NCBI GenBank assembly: GCA_051362555.1
Contig: CM120642.1
Coordinates: 3,782,001-3,846,000, forward strand
DNA length: 64,000 nucleotides
Direction: 5' to 3'
Source of the DNA: Lingula anatina
Taxonomy: Eukaryota > Animalia > Brachiopoda
Shown here: positions 1 to 10,400 of the stretch, one piece after another
Numbering within the stretch: position 1 is the first letter of the stretch
Layout: each line of letters begins with the position of its first letter
The notes under the pieces: model-generated
What the model was told of the DNA's origin: nothing
The model's input: only the letters and a program-made list of their open reading frames with translations
Databases searched by the model: none
Translations under genes and position numbers: made by a program

Positions 1-892
1 GCTGCTGCGACTCGAACCGGCGTCCGTGCGTCTGCTGGTTGGCAAGACAGCAGAGTTACCACGCAGCCACGACAGCTCCGTTGATACGATGTCTTCGGAT
101 GGAAACTTTCAACCTCGTCACGGAGAGCGCCAGATTTGGTGTACATGTGTAGACCTGCTGTCGCAATCGATAATCCTGGTGCCGCATTTCAGCCCACGCA
201 ACCCCAGTCCCCGACATGAACGGTAAAGTTCGTGATGTACACGAAGTCGTGTTTGACAACCCGACTCGGAGCTCGGAGTTTGTTCTATACTAAGATTGTT
301 TTTGGCTTTACCCATGATATTAAAGAGTACAGGGGGATCAGAGGCGGTGCACAACAGGCGGGTTTTACTTTTAGCGAGACCAAAAGAGGAGAGAACAAAA
401 AAATACAAAACATTCAAGTGTTTAATTACTGGCGGCGATTGCAGCCATGGGAATTTGGAGTAAAACATATATTTGGCAAATAATTCCGCCGAGGAGATAT
501 CGTTTTTCTACCGAACACGGTGAACAGGTGGTATGACGTGCTGTTGTACGGCCGGAAAAACTACAGAATCAAAACAAGTTGGATCGTATTCATTGATAGG
601 CCTGCTCTGTACGTTCCTAGTGAGATGACTTCGGATGCTTTTATTTTCATTTGGTTTTGCATTGAGATAACGTTTGGTTTCACCTTTGACGTTTTAGAGC
701 ACGATGACGTCCACAGCCGTTCACACCTCGGCGGTTTTAGTATTGAGTAGTCTTTACTCTTTCCAATGTCGACTGCGGACCGTATGAACATATGAACAGT
801 CTTGAGAACCAAGGGCCCAAGATAGGAAAGGAGGGGCATAATGAGACAAAACGTGTGCCTGATAAAAGGAGTAGAGGTGACGCGACTTTTGT

Positions 893-911
893 AAAAAAAA
901 AAAAAAAAAAA
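893..911 (+). repeat. Variable poly(A) run within the monomer (about 13-23 A depending on copy)
   Basis: A19 here, A17 at ~2305, A13 at ~5738, A23 at ~21618; this explains much of the small variation in period. Confidence 0.95.
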
Positions 912-1105
912 TCAGAAGTTTTCTCTCTGCTAATCCCACCAAAAAGATGGCACATTTTGATGAAATGCAAGCCACACGGAGTTAGTTATAGCTCAATTTA
1001 AGTTCGAGATCTGTGGCACCAATATAAGGACTTTTAACTGAAGAGAAAGGAAATAAAATTGTCGACGCAGATGTAAACTTTCTAAAGTATACCGTATTAT
1101 TATGC

Positions 1106-1109
1106 AAAA
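1106..1109 (-). terminator. Pol III terminator TTTT after RNA A
   Basis: First T4 on the minus strand downstream of 1325, 8 nt after the 3' arm of the terminal stem. Confidence 0.45.
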
Positions 1110-1226
1110 GGTAATTTGCTAGGTCCCACGGGCGCCCTAATTCGTTCTCGTCTGGTGACATCCCGATTCAGGGGCCAGGTCGTTGTTGTGATGGACTGGT
1201 CGTGATGGACTGACGTGCCTCATCCG

Positions 1227-1237
1227 GGACTCGAACC
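1227..1237 (-). promoter_or_regulatory. Pol III B-box (TFIIIC site) GGTTCGAGTCC
   Basis: Exact match to the GGTTCGANNCC consensus; it looks unchanged in all RNA A copies inspected. Confidence 0.75.
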
Positions 1238-1350
1238 CGTGACTTTGCGTTACCAAGGTTGATGACGCTTTGGATGTCTCATTTACATCCATGCACGCTA
1301 CCGACTGCTCCGTGACGGACCCGCCCACCCTCCGTACGTGCGAGTTTCCT

Positions 1351-1356
1351 CTTATA
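1351..1356 (-). promoter_or_regulatory. TATA-like box (TATAAG) upstream of RNA A
   Basis: Plus-strand cttata, located -31 to -26 from the inferred start at 1325. Present in all copies except the two immediately left of the 645-bp junctions (4117, 11737). Confidence 0.5.
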
Positions 1357-1394
1357 GTAATCAATCGCAATTTTTAATAAAAATCAATTCTGGC

Positions 1395-1399
1395 AAAAA
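1395..1399 (-). terminator. Pol III terminator TTTTT after RNA B (second T5 at 1383-1379)
   Basis: First T-run after the B-box, placed just after the 3' arm of the panhandle. Confidence 0.5.
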
Positions 1400-1419
1400 C
1401 ACTCACACCGTTGCTGCTG

Positions 1420-1430
1420 CGACTCGAACC
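1420..1430 (-). promoter_or_regulatory. Pol III B-box-like GGTTCGAGTCG (RNA B)
   Basis: One mismatch to GGTTCGANNCC; lies 40 nt downstream of the A-box-like TGGCTGCGTGG. Confidence 0.6.
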
Positions 1431-4400
1431 GGCGTCCGTGCGTCTGCTGGTTGGCAAGACAGCAGAGTTACCACGCAGCCACGACAGCTCCGTTGATACG
1501 ATGTCTTCGGATGGAAACTTTCAACCTCGTCACGGAGAGCGCCAGATTTGGTGTACATGTGTAGACCTGCTGTCGCAATCGATAATCCTGGTGCCGCATT
1601 TCAGCCCACGCAACCCCAGTCCCCGACATGAACGGTAAAGTTCGTGATGTACACGAAGTCGTGTTTGACAACCCGACTCGGAGCTCGGAGTTTGTTCTAT
1701 ACTAAGATTGTTTTTGGCTTTACCCATGATATTAAAGAGTACAGGGGGATCAGAGGCGGTGCACAACAGGCGGGTTTTACTTTTAGCGAGACCAAAAGAG
1801 GAGAGAACAAAAAAATACAAAACATTCAAGTGTTTAATTACTGGCGGCGATTGCAGCCATGGGAATTTGGAGTAAAACATATATTTGGCAAATAATTCCG
1901 CCGAGGAGATATCGTTTTTCTACCGAACACGGTGAACAGGTGGTATGACGTGCTGTTGTACGGCCGGAAAAGCTACAGAATCAAAACAAGTTGGATCGTA
2001 TTCATTGATAGGCCTGCTCTGTACGTTCCTAGTGAGATGACTTCGGATGCTTTTATTTTCATTTGGTTTTCCATTGAGATAACGTTTGGTTTCACCTTTG
2101 ACGTTTAAGAGCACGATGACGTCTACAGCCGTTCACACCTCGGCGGTTTTAGTATTGAGTAGTCTTTACTCTTTCCAATGTCGACTGCGGACCGTGTGAA
2201 CATATGAACAGTCTTGAGAACCAAGGGCCCAAGATAGGAAAGGAGGGGCATAATGAGACAAAACGTGTGCCTGATAAAAGGAGTAGAGGTGACGCGACTT
2301 TTGTAAAAAAAAAAAAAAAAATCAGAAGTTTTCTCTCTGCTAATCCCACCAAAAAGATGGCACATTTTGATGAAATGCAAGCCACACGGAGTTAGTTATA
2401 GCTCAATTTAAGTTCGAGATCTGTGGCACCAATATAAGGACTTTTAACTGAAGAGAAAGGAAATAAAATTGTCGACGCAGATGTAAACTTTCTAAAATAT
2501 ACCGTATTATTATGCAAAAGGTAATTTGCTAGGTCCCACGGGCGCCCTCATTCGTTCTTGTCTGGTGACATCCCGATTCAGGGGCCAGGTCGTTGTCGTG
2601 ATGGACTGACGTGCCTCATCCGGGACTCGAACCCGTGACTTTGCGTTACCAAGGTTGATGACGCTTTGGATGTCTCATTTGCATCCATGCACACTACTGA
2701 CTGCTCCGTGACGGACCCGCCCACCCTCCGTACGTGCGAGTTTCCTCTTATAGTAATCAATCGCAATTTTTAATAAAAATCAATTCTGGCAAAAACACTC
2801 ACACCGTTGCTGCTGCGACTCGAACCGGCGTCCGTGCGTCTGCTGGTTGGCAAGACAGCAGAGTAACCACGCAGCCACGACAGCTCCGTTGATACGATGT
2901 CTTCGGATGGAAACTTTCAACCTCGTCACGGAGAGCGCCAGATTTGGTGTACATGTGTAGACCTGCTGTCGCAATCGATAATCCTGGTGCCGCATTTCAG
3001 CCCACGCAACCCCAGTCCCCGACATGAACGGTAAAGTTCGTGATGTACACGAAGTCGTGTTTGACAACCCGACTCGGAGCTCGGAGTCTGTTCTATACTT
3101 AGATTGTTTTTGGCTTTACCCATGATATTAAAGAGTACAGGGGGATCAGAGGCGGTGCACAACAGGCGGGTTTTACTTTTAGCGAGACCAAAAGAGGAGA
3201 GAACAAAAAAATACAAAACATTCAAGTGTTTAATTACTGGCGGCGATTGCAGCCATGGGAATTTGGAGTAAAACATATATTTGGCAAATAATTCCGCCGA
3301 GGAGATATCGTTTTTCTACCGAACACGGTGAACAGGTGGTATGACGTGCTGTTGTACGGCCGGAAAAGCTACAGAATCAAAACAAGTTGGATCGTATTCA
3401 TTGATAGGCCTGCTCTGTACGTTCCTAGTGAGATGACTTCGGATGCTTTTATTTTCATTTGGTTTTGCATTGAGATAACGTTTGGTTTCACCTTTGACGT
3501 TTTAGAGCACGATGACGTCCACAGCCGTTCACACCTCGGCGGTTTTAGTATTGAGTAGTCTTTACTCTTTCCAATGTCGACTGCGGACCGTGTGAACATA
3601 TGAACAGTCTTGAGAACCAAGGGCCCAAGATAGGAAAGGAGGGGCATAATGAGACAAAACGTGTGCCTGATAAAAGGAGTAGAGGTGACGCGACTTTTGT
3701 AAAAAAAAAAAAAAAAATCAGAAGTTTTCTCTCTGCTAATCCCACCAAAAAGATGGCACATTTTGATGAAATGCAAGCCACACGGAGTTAGTTATAGCTC
3801 AATTTAAGTTCGAGATCTGTGGCACCAATATAAGGACTTTTAACTGAAGAGAAAGGAAATAAAATTGTCGACGCAGATGTAAACTTTCTAAAATATACCG
3901 TATTATTATGCAAAAGGTAATTTGCTAGGTCCCACGGGCGCCCTCATTCGTTCTTGTCTGGTGACATCCCGATTCAGGGGCCAGGTCGTTGTCGTGATGG
4001 ACTGACGTGCCTCATCCGGGACTCGAACCCGTGACTTTGCGTTACCAAGGTTGATGACGCTTTGGATGTCTCATTTGCATCCATGCACACTACTGACTGC
4101 TCCGTGACGGACCCGCCCACCCTCCGTACGTTTCACCTTTGACGTTTTAGAGCACGATGACGTCCACAGCCGTTCACACCTCGGCGGTTTTAGTATTGAG
4201 TAGTCTTTACTCTTTCCAATGTCGACTGCGGACCGTGTGAACATATGAACAGTCTTGAGAACCAAGGGCCCAAGATAGGAAAGGAGGGGCATAATGAGAC
4301 AAAACGTGTGCCTGATAAAAGGAGTAGAGGTGACGCGACTTTTGTAAAAAAAAAAAAAAAAATCAGAAGTTTTCTCTCTGCTAATCCCACCAAAAAGATG

Positions 4401-7400
4401 GCACATTTTGATGAAATGCAAGCCACACGGAGTTAGTTATAGCTCAATTTAAGTTCGAGATCTGTGGCACCAATATAAGGACTTTTAACTGAAGAGAAAG
4501 GAAATAAAATTGTCGACGCAGATGTAAACTTTCTAAAATATACCGTATTATTATGCAAAAGGTAATTTGCTAGGTCCCACGGGCGCCCTCATTCGTTCTT
4601 GTCTGGTGACATCCCGATTCAGGGGCCAGGTCGTTGTCGTGATGGACTGACGTGCCTCATCCGGGACTCGAACCCGTGACTTTGCGTTACCAAGGTTGAT
4701 GACGCTTTGGATGTCTCATTTACATCCATGCACGCTACCGACTGCTCCGTGACGGACCCGCCCACCCTCCGTACGTGCGAGTTTCCTCTTATAGTAATCA
4801 ATCGCAATTTTTAATAAAAATCAATTCTGGCAAAAACACTCACACCGTTGCTGCTGCGACTCGAACCGGCGTCCGTGCGTCTGCTGGTTGGCAAGACAGC
4901 AGAGTTACCACGCAGCCACGACAGCTCCGTTGATACGATGTCTTCGGATGGAAACTTTCAACCTCGTCACGGAGAGCGCCAGATTTGGTGTACATGTGTA
5001 GACCTGCTGTCGCAATCGATAATCCTGGTGCCGCATTTCAGCCCACGCAACCCCAGTCCCCGACATGAACGGTAAAGTTCGTGATGTACACGAAGTCGTG
5101 TTTGACAACCCGACTCGGAGCTCGGAGTTTGTTCTATACTAAGATTGTTTTTGGCTTTACCCATGATATTAAAGAGTACAGGGGGATCAGAGGCGGTGCA
5201 CAACAGGCGGGTTTTACTTTTAGCGAGACCAAAAGAGGAGAGAACAAAAAAATACAAAACATTCAAGTGTTTAATTACTGGCGGCGATTGCAGCCATGGG
5301 AATTTGGAGTAAAACATATATTTGGCAAATAATTCCGCCGAGGAGATATCGTTTTTCTACCGAACACGGTGAACAGGTGGTATGACGTGCTGTTGTACGG
5401 CCGGAAAAGCTACAGAATCAAAACAAGTTGGATCGTATTCATTGATAGGCCTGCTCTGTACGTTCCTAGTGAGATGACTTCGGATGCTTTTATTTTCATT
5501 TGGTTTTGCATTGAGATAACGTTTGGTTTCACCTTTGACGTTTTAGAGCACGATGACGTCCACAGCCGTTCACACCTCGGCGGTTTTAGTATTGAGTAGT
5601 CTTTACTCTTTCCAATGTCGACTGCGGACCGTATGAACATATGAACAGTCTTAAGAAGGGCCCAAGATGGGAAAGGAGGGGCATAATGAGACAAAACGTG
5701 AGCCTGATAAAAGGAGTAGAGGTGACGCGACTTTTGTAAAAAAAAAAAAATCAGAAGTTTTCTCTCTGCTAATCCCACCAAAAAGATGGCACATTTTGAT
5801 GAAATGCAAGCCATACGGAGTTAGTTATAGCTCAATTTAAGTTCGAGATCTGTGGCACCAATATAAGGACTTTTAACTGAAGAGAAAGGAAATAAAATTG
5901 TCGAAGCAGATGTAAACTTTCTAAAGTATACCGTATTATTATGCAAAAGGTAATTTGCTAGGTCCCACGGGCGCCCTCATTCGTTCTTGTCTGGTGACAT
6001 CCCGATTCAGGGGCCAGGTCGTTGTCGTGATGGACTGACGTGCCTCATCCGGGACTCGAACCCGTGACTTTGCGTTACCAAGGTTGATGACGCTTTGGAT
6101 GTCTCATTTGCATCCATGCACGCTACCGACTGCTCCGTGACGGACCCGCCCACCCTCCGTACGTGCGAGTTTCCTCTTATAGTAATCAATCGCAATTTTT
6201 AATAAAAATCAATTCTGGCAAAAACACTCACACCGTTGCTGCTGCGACTCGAACCGGCGTCCGTGCGTCTGCTGGTTGGCAAGACAGCAGAGTTACCACG
6301 CAGCCACGACAGCTCCGTTGATACGATGTCTTCGGATGGAAACTTTCAACCTCGTCACGGAGAGCGCCAGATTTGGTGTACATGTGTAGACCTGCTGTCG
6401 CAATCGATAATCCTGGTGCCGCATTTCAGCCCACGCAACCCCAGTCCCCGACATGAACGGTAAAGTTCGTGATGTACACGAAGTCGTGTTTGACAACCCG
6501 ACTCGGAGCTCGGAGTTTGTTCTATACTAAGATTGTTTTTGGCTTTACCCATGATATTAAAGAGTACAGGGGGATCAGAGGCGGTGCACAACAGGCGGGT
6601 TTTACTTTTAGCGAGACCAAAAGAGGAGAGAACAAAAAAATACAAAACATTCAAGTGTTTAATTACTGGCGGCGATTGCAGCCATGGGAATTTGGAGTAA
6701 AACATATATTTGGCAAATAATTCCGCCGAGGAGATATCGTTTTTCTACCGAACACGGTGAACAGGTGGTATGACGTGCTGTTGTACGGCCGGAAAAGCTA
6801 CAGAATCAAAACAAGTTGGATCGTATTCATTGATAGGCCTGCTCTGTACGTTCCTAGTGAGATGACTTCGGATGCTTTTATTTTCATTTGGTTTTCCATT
6901 GAGATAACGTTTGGTTTCACCTTTGACGTTTAAGAGCACGATGACGTCTACAGCCGTTCACACCTCGGCGGTTTTAGTATTGAGTAGTCTTTACTCTTTC
7001 CAATGTCGACTGCGGACCGTGTGAACATATGAACAGTCTTGAGAACCAAGGGCCCAAGATAGGAAAGGAGGGGCATAATGAGACAAAACGTGTGCCTGAT
7101 AAAAGGAGTAGAGGTGACGCGACTTTTGTAAAAAAAAAAAAAAAAATCAGAAGTTTTCTCTCTGCTAATCCCACCAAAAAGATGGCACATTTTGATGAAA
7201 TGCAAGCCACACGGAGTTAGTTATAGCTCAATTTAAGTTCGAGATCTGTGGCACCAATATAAGGACTTTTAACTGAAGAGAAAGGAAATAAAATTGTCGA
7301 CGCAGATGTAAACTTTCTAAAATATACCGTATTATTATGCAAAAGGTAATTTGCTAGGTCCCACGGGCGCCCTCATTCGTTCTTGTCTGGTGACATCCCG

Positions 7401-10400
7401 ATTCAGGGGCCAGGTCGTTGTCGTGATGGACTGACGTGCCTCATCCGGGACTCGAACCCGTGACTTTGCGTTACCAAGGTTGATGACGCTTTGGATGTCT
7501 CATTTGCATCCATGCACACTACTGACTGCTCCGTGACGGACCCGCCCACCCTCCGTACGTGCGAGTTTCCTCTTATAGTAATCAATCGCAATTTTTAATA
7601 AAAATCAATTCTGGCAAAAACACTCACACCGTTGCTGCTGCGACTCGAACCGGCGTCCGTGCGTCTGCTGGTTGGCAAGACAGCAGAGTTACCACGCAGC
7701 CACGACAGCTCCGTTGATACGATGTCTTCGGATGGAAACTTTCAACCTCGTCACGGAGAGCGCCAGATTTGGTGTACATGTGTAGACCTGCTGTCGCAAT
7801 CGATAATCCTGGTGCCGCATTTCAGCCCACGCAACCCCAGTCCCCGACATGAACGGTAAAGTTCGTGATGTACACGAAGTCGTGTTTGACAACCCGACTC
7901 GGAGCTCGGAGTTTGTTCTATACTAAGATTGTTTTTGGCTTTACCCATGATATTAAAGAGTACAGGGGGATCAGAGGCGGTGCACAACAGGCGGGTTTTA
8001 CTTTTAGCGAGACCAAAAGAGGAGAGAACAAAAAAATACAAAACATTCAAGTGTTTAATTACTGGCGGCGATTGCAGCCATGGGAATTTGGAGTAAAACA
8101 TATATTTGGCAAATAATTCCGCCGAGGAGATATCGTTTTTCTACCGAACACGGTGAACAGGTGGTATGACGTGCTGTTGTACGGCCGGAAAAGCTACAGA
8201 ATCAAAACAAGTTGGATCGTATTCATTGATAGGCCTGCTCTGTACGTTCCTAGTGAGATGACTTCGGATGCTTTTATTTTCATTTGGTTTTGCATTGAGA
8301 TAACGTTTGGTTTCACCTTTGACGTTTTAGAGCACGATGACGTCCACAGCCGTTCACACCTCGGCGGTTTTAGTATTGAGTAGTCTTTACTCTTTCCAAT
8401 GTCGACTGCGGACCGTATGAACATATGAACAGTCTTGAGAACCAAAGGCCCAAGATAGGAAAGGAGGGGCATAATGAGACAAAACGTGTGCCTGATAAAA
8501 GGAGTAGAGGTGACGCGACTTTTGTAAAAAAAAAAAAAAAAAAAATCAGAAGTTTTCTCTCTGCTAATCCCACCAAAAAGATGGCACATTTTGATGAAAT
8601 GCAAGCCACACGGAGTTAGTTATAGCTCAATTTAAGTTCGAGATCTGTGGCACCAATATAAGGACTTTTAACTGAAGAGAAAGGAAATAAAATTGTCGAC
8701 GCAGATGTAAACTTTGTAAAGTATACCGTATTATTATGCAAAAGGTAATTTGCTAGGTCCCACGGGCGCCCTCATTCGTTCTCGTCTGGTGACATCCCGA
8801 TTCAGGGGCCAGGTCGTTGTCGTGATGGACTGACGTGCCTCATCCGGGACTCGAACCCGTGACTTTGCGTTACCAAGGTTGATGACGCTTTGGATGTCTC
8901 ATTTACATCCATGCACGCTACCGACTGCTCCGTGACGGACCCGCCCACCCTCCGTACGTGCGAGTTTCCTCTTATAGTAATCAATCGCAATTTTTAATAA
9001 AAATCAATTCTGGCAAAAACACTCACACCGTTGCTGCTGCGACTCGAACCGGCGTCCGTGCGTCTGCTGGTTGGCAAGACAGCAGAGTTACCACGCAGCC
9101 ACGACAGCTCCGTTGATACGATGTCTTCGGATGGAAACTTTCAACCTCGTCACGGAGAGCGCCAGATTTGGTGTACATGTGTAGACCTGCTGTCGCAATC
9201 GATAATCCTGGTGCCGCATTTCAGCCCACGCAACCCCAGTCCCCGACATGAACGGTAAAGTTCGTGATGTACACGAAGTCGTGTTTGACAACCCGACTCG
9301 GAGCTCGGAGTTTGTTCTATACTAAGATTGTTTTTGGCTTTACCCATGATATTAAAGAGTACAGGGGGATCAGAGGCGGTGCACAACAGGCGGGTTTTAC
9401 TTTTAGCGAGACCAAAAGAGGAGAGAACAAAAAAATACAAAACATTCAAGTGTTTAATTACTGGCGGCGATTGCAGCCATGGGAATTTGGAGTAAAACAT
9501 ATATTTGGCAAATAATTCCGCCGAGGAGATATCGTTTTTCTACCGAACACGGTGAACAGGTGGTATGACGTGCTGTTGTACGGCCGGAAAAGCTACAGAA
9601 TCAAAACAAGTTGGATCGTATTCATTGATAGGCCTGCTCTGTACGTTCCTAGTGAGATGACTTCGGATGCTTTTATTTTCATTTGGTTTTCCATTGAGAT
9701 AACGTTTGGTTTCACCTTTGACGTTTAAGAGCACGATGACGTCTACAGCCGTTCACACCTCGGCGGTTTTAGTATTGAGTAGTCTTTACTCTTTCCAATG
9801 TCGACTGCGGACCGTGTGAACATATGAACAGTCTTGAGAACCAAGGGCCCAAGATAGGAAAGGAGGGGCATAATGAGACAAAACGTGTGCCTGATAAAAG
9901 GAGTAGAGGTGACGCGACTTTTGTAAAAAAAAAAAAAAAAATCAGAAGTTTTCTCTCTGCTAATCCCACCAAAAAGATGGCACATTTTGATGAAATGCAA
10001 GCCACACGGAGTTAGTTATAGCTCAATTTAAGTTCGAGATCTGTGGCACCAATATAAGGACTTTTAACTGAAGAGAAAGGAAATAAAATTGTCGACGCAG
10101 ATGTAAACTTTCTAAAATATACCGTATTATTATGCAAAAGGTAATTTGCTAGGTCCCACGGGCGCCCTCATTCGTTCTTGTCTGGTGACATCCCGATTCA
10201 GGGGCCAGGTCGTTGTCGTGATGGACTGACGTGCCTCATCCGGGACTCGAACCCGTGACTTTGCGTTACCAAGGTTGATGACGCTTTGGATGTCTCATTT
10301 GCATCCATGCACACTACTGACTGCTCCGTGACGGACCCGCCCACCCTCCGTACGTGCGAGTTTCCTCTTATAGTAATCAATCGCAATTTTTAATAAAAAT

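Larger units (their letters stand above)
1106..1325 (-). ncRNA. Putative Pol III RNA 'A' (206 nt in most copies, 220 nt here): tRNA-like 5' domain plus 3' body closed by a terminal stem; representative copy
   Basis: Minus strand has TATAAG ~26-31 nt upstream, then GGCGGGTCCGTCA, an A-box-like CGGAGCAGTCGG (1312-1301), hairpins TGGATGT/ACATCCA and GCGTCATCA/TGGTAACGC, a perfect B-box GGTTCGAGTCC (1237-1227) inside a CGGG/CCCG T-arm, and the first TTTT at 1109-1106. The 5' GCGGGTCC-gt-CACGG-a-GC pairs with the 3' GC-CCGTG-GGACCTaGC (1133-1118). There are 21 copies, with 5' ends at ~1325, 2721, 4117, 4762, 6150, 7546, 8945, 10341, 11737, 12381, 13769, 15165, 16437, 17832, 19229, 20638, 22040, 23435, 24707, 26099, 27482. 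It could instead be a tRNA pseudogene or SINE head. Confidence 0.55.
1395..1490 (-). ncRNA. Putative Pol III small RNA 'B' (~96 nt), vault-RNA-like architecture; representative copy
   Basis: Minus strand reads GAGCTGTCG-TGGCTGCGTGG (A-box-like, 1481-1471)-TAAC-TCTGCTG tcttgccaac CAGCAGA (7-bp hairpin)-cgcacggacgcc-GGTTCGAGTCG (B-box, 1430-1420)-CAGCAGCAACGGT-gtgagtg-TTTTT (1399-1395). The 5' GCTGTCGTGGCTGCG pairs with the 3' CGCAGCAGCAACGGT (15 positions, 2 mismatches, counting G-U pairs). 5' ends of copies: ~78 (cut by window edge), 1490, 2886, 4927, 6315, 7711, 9110, 10506, 12546, 13934, 15330, 16602, 17997, 19394, 20803, 22205, 23600, 24872, 26264. Confidence 0.5.

Noticed and set aside
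971-1035. Third Pol III unit on the plus strand (TAGCTCAA...GTTCGAGA within GCCACA/TGTGGC)
   Set aside because: The boxes are degenerate and far too close together, and the segment is deleted in two monomers.
1085-1125. Spliced-leader RNA (AAG|GTAATT donor-like site, with AATTTTT and AATTCTGG Sm-like sites further on)
   Set aside because: The Sm-like sites are more than 250 nt from the donor-like site and no known SL exon is recognised.
1156-1178. U6 snRNA-like TGGCCCCTG-N5-GGATGTCAC on the minus strand
   Set aside because: No ACAGAGA box, AGC triad or U6 5' stem-loop; a short match like this is plausible by chance.
1216-1320. Canonical or intron-containing tRNA gene
   Set aside because: The acceptor stem needs a bulge or has mismatches, position 8 is not T, and no proper anticodon stem-loop can be assigned; recorded instead as a tRNA-like domain.
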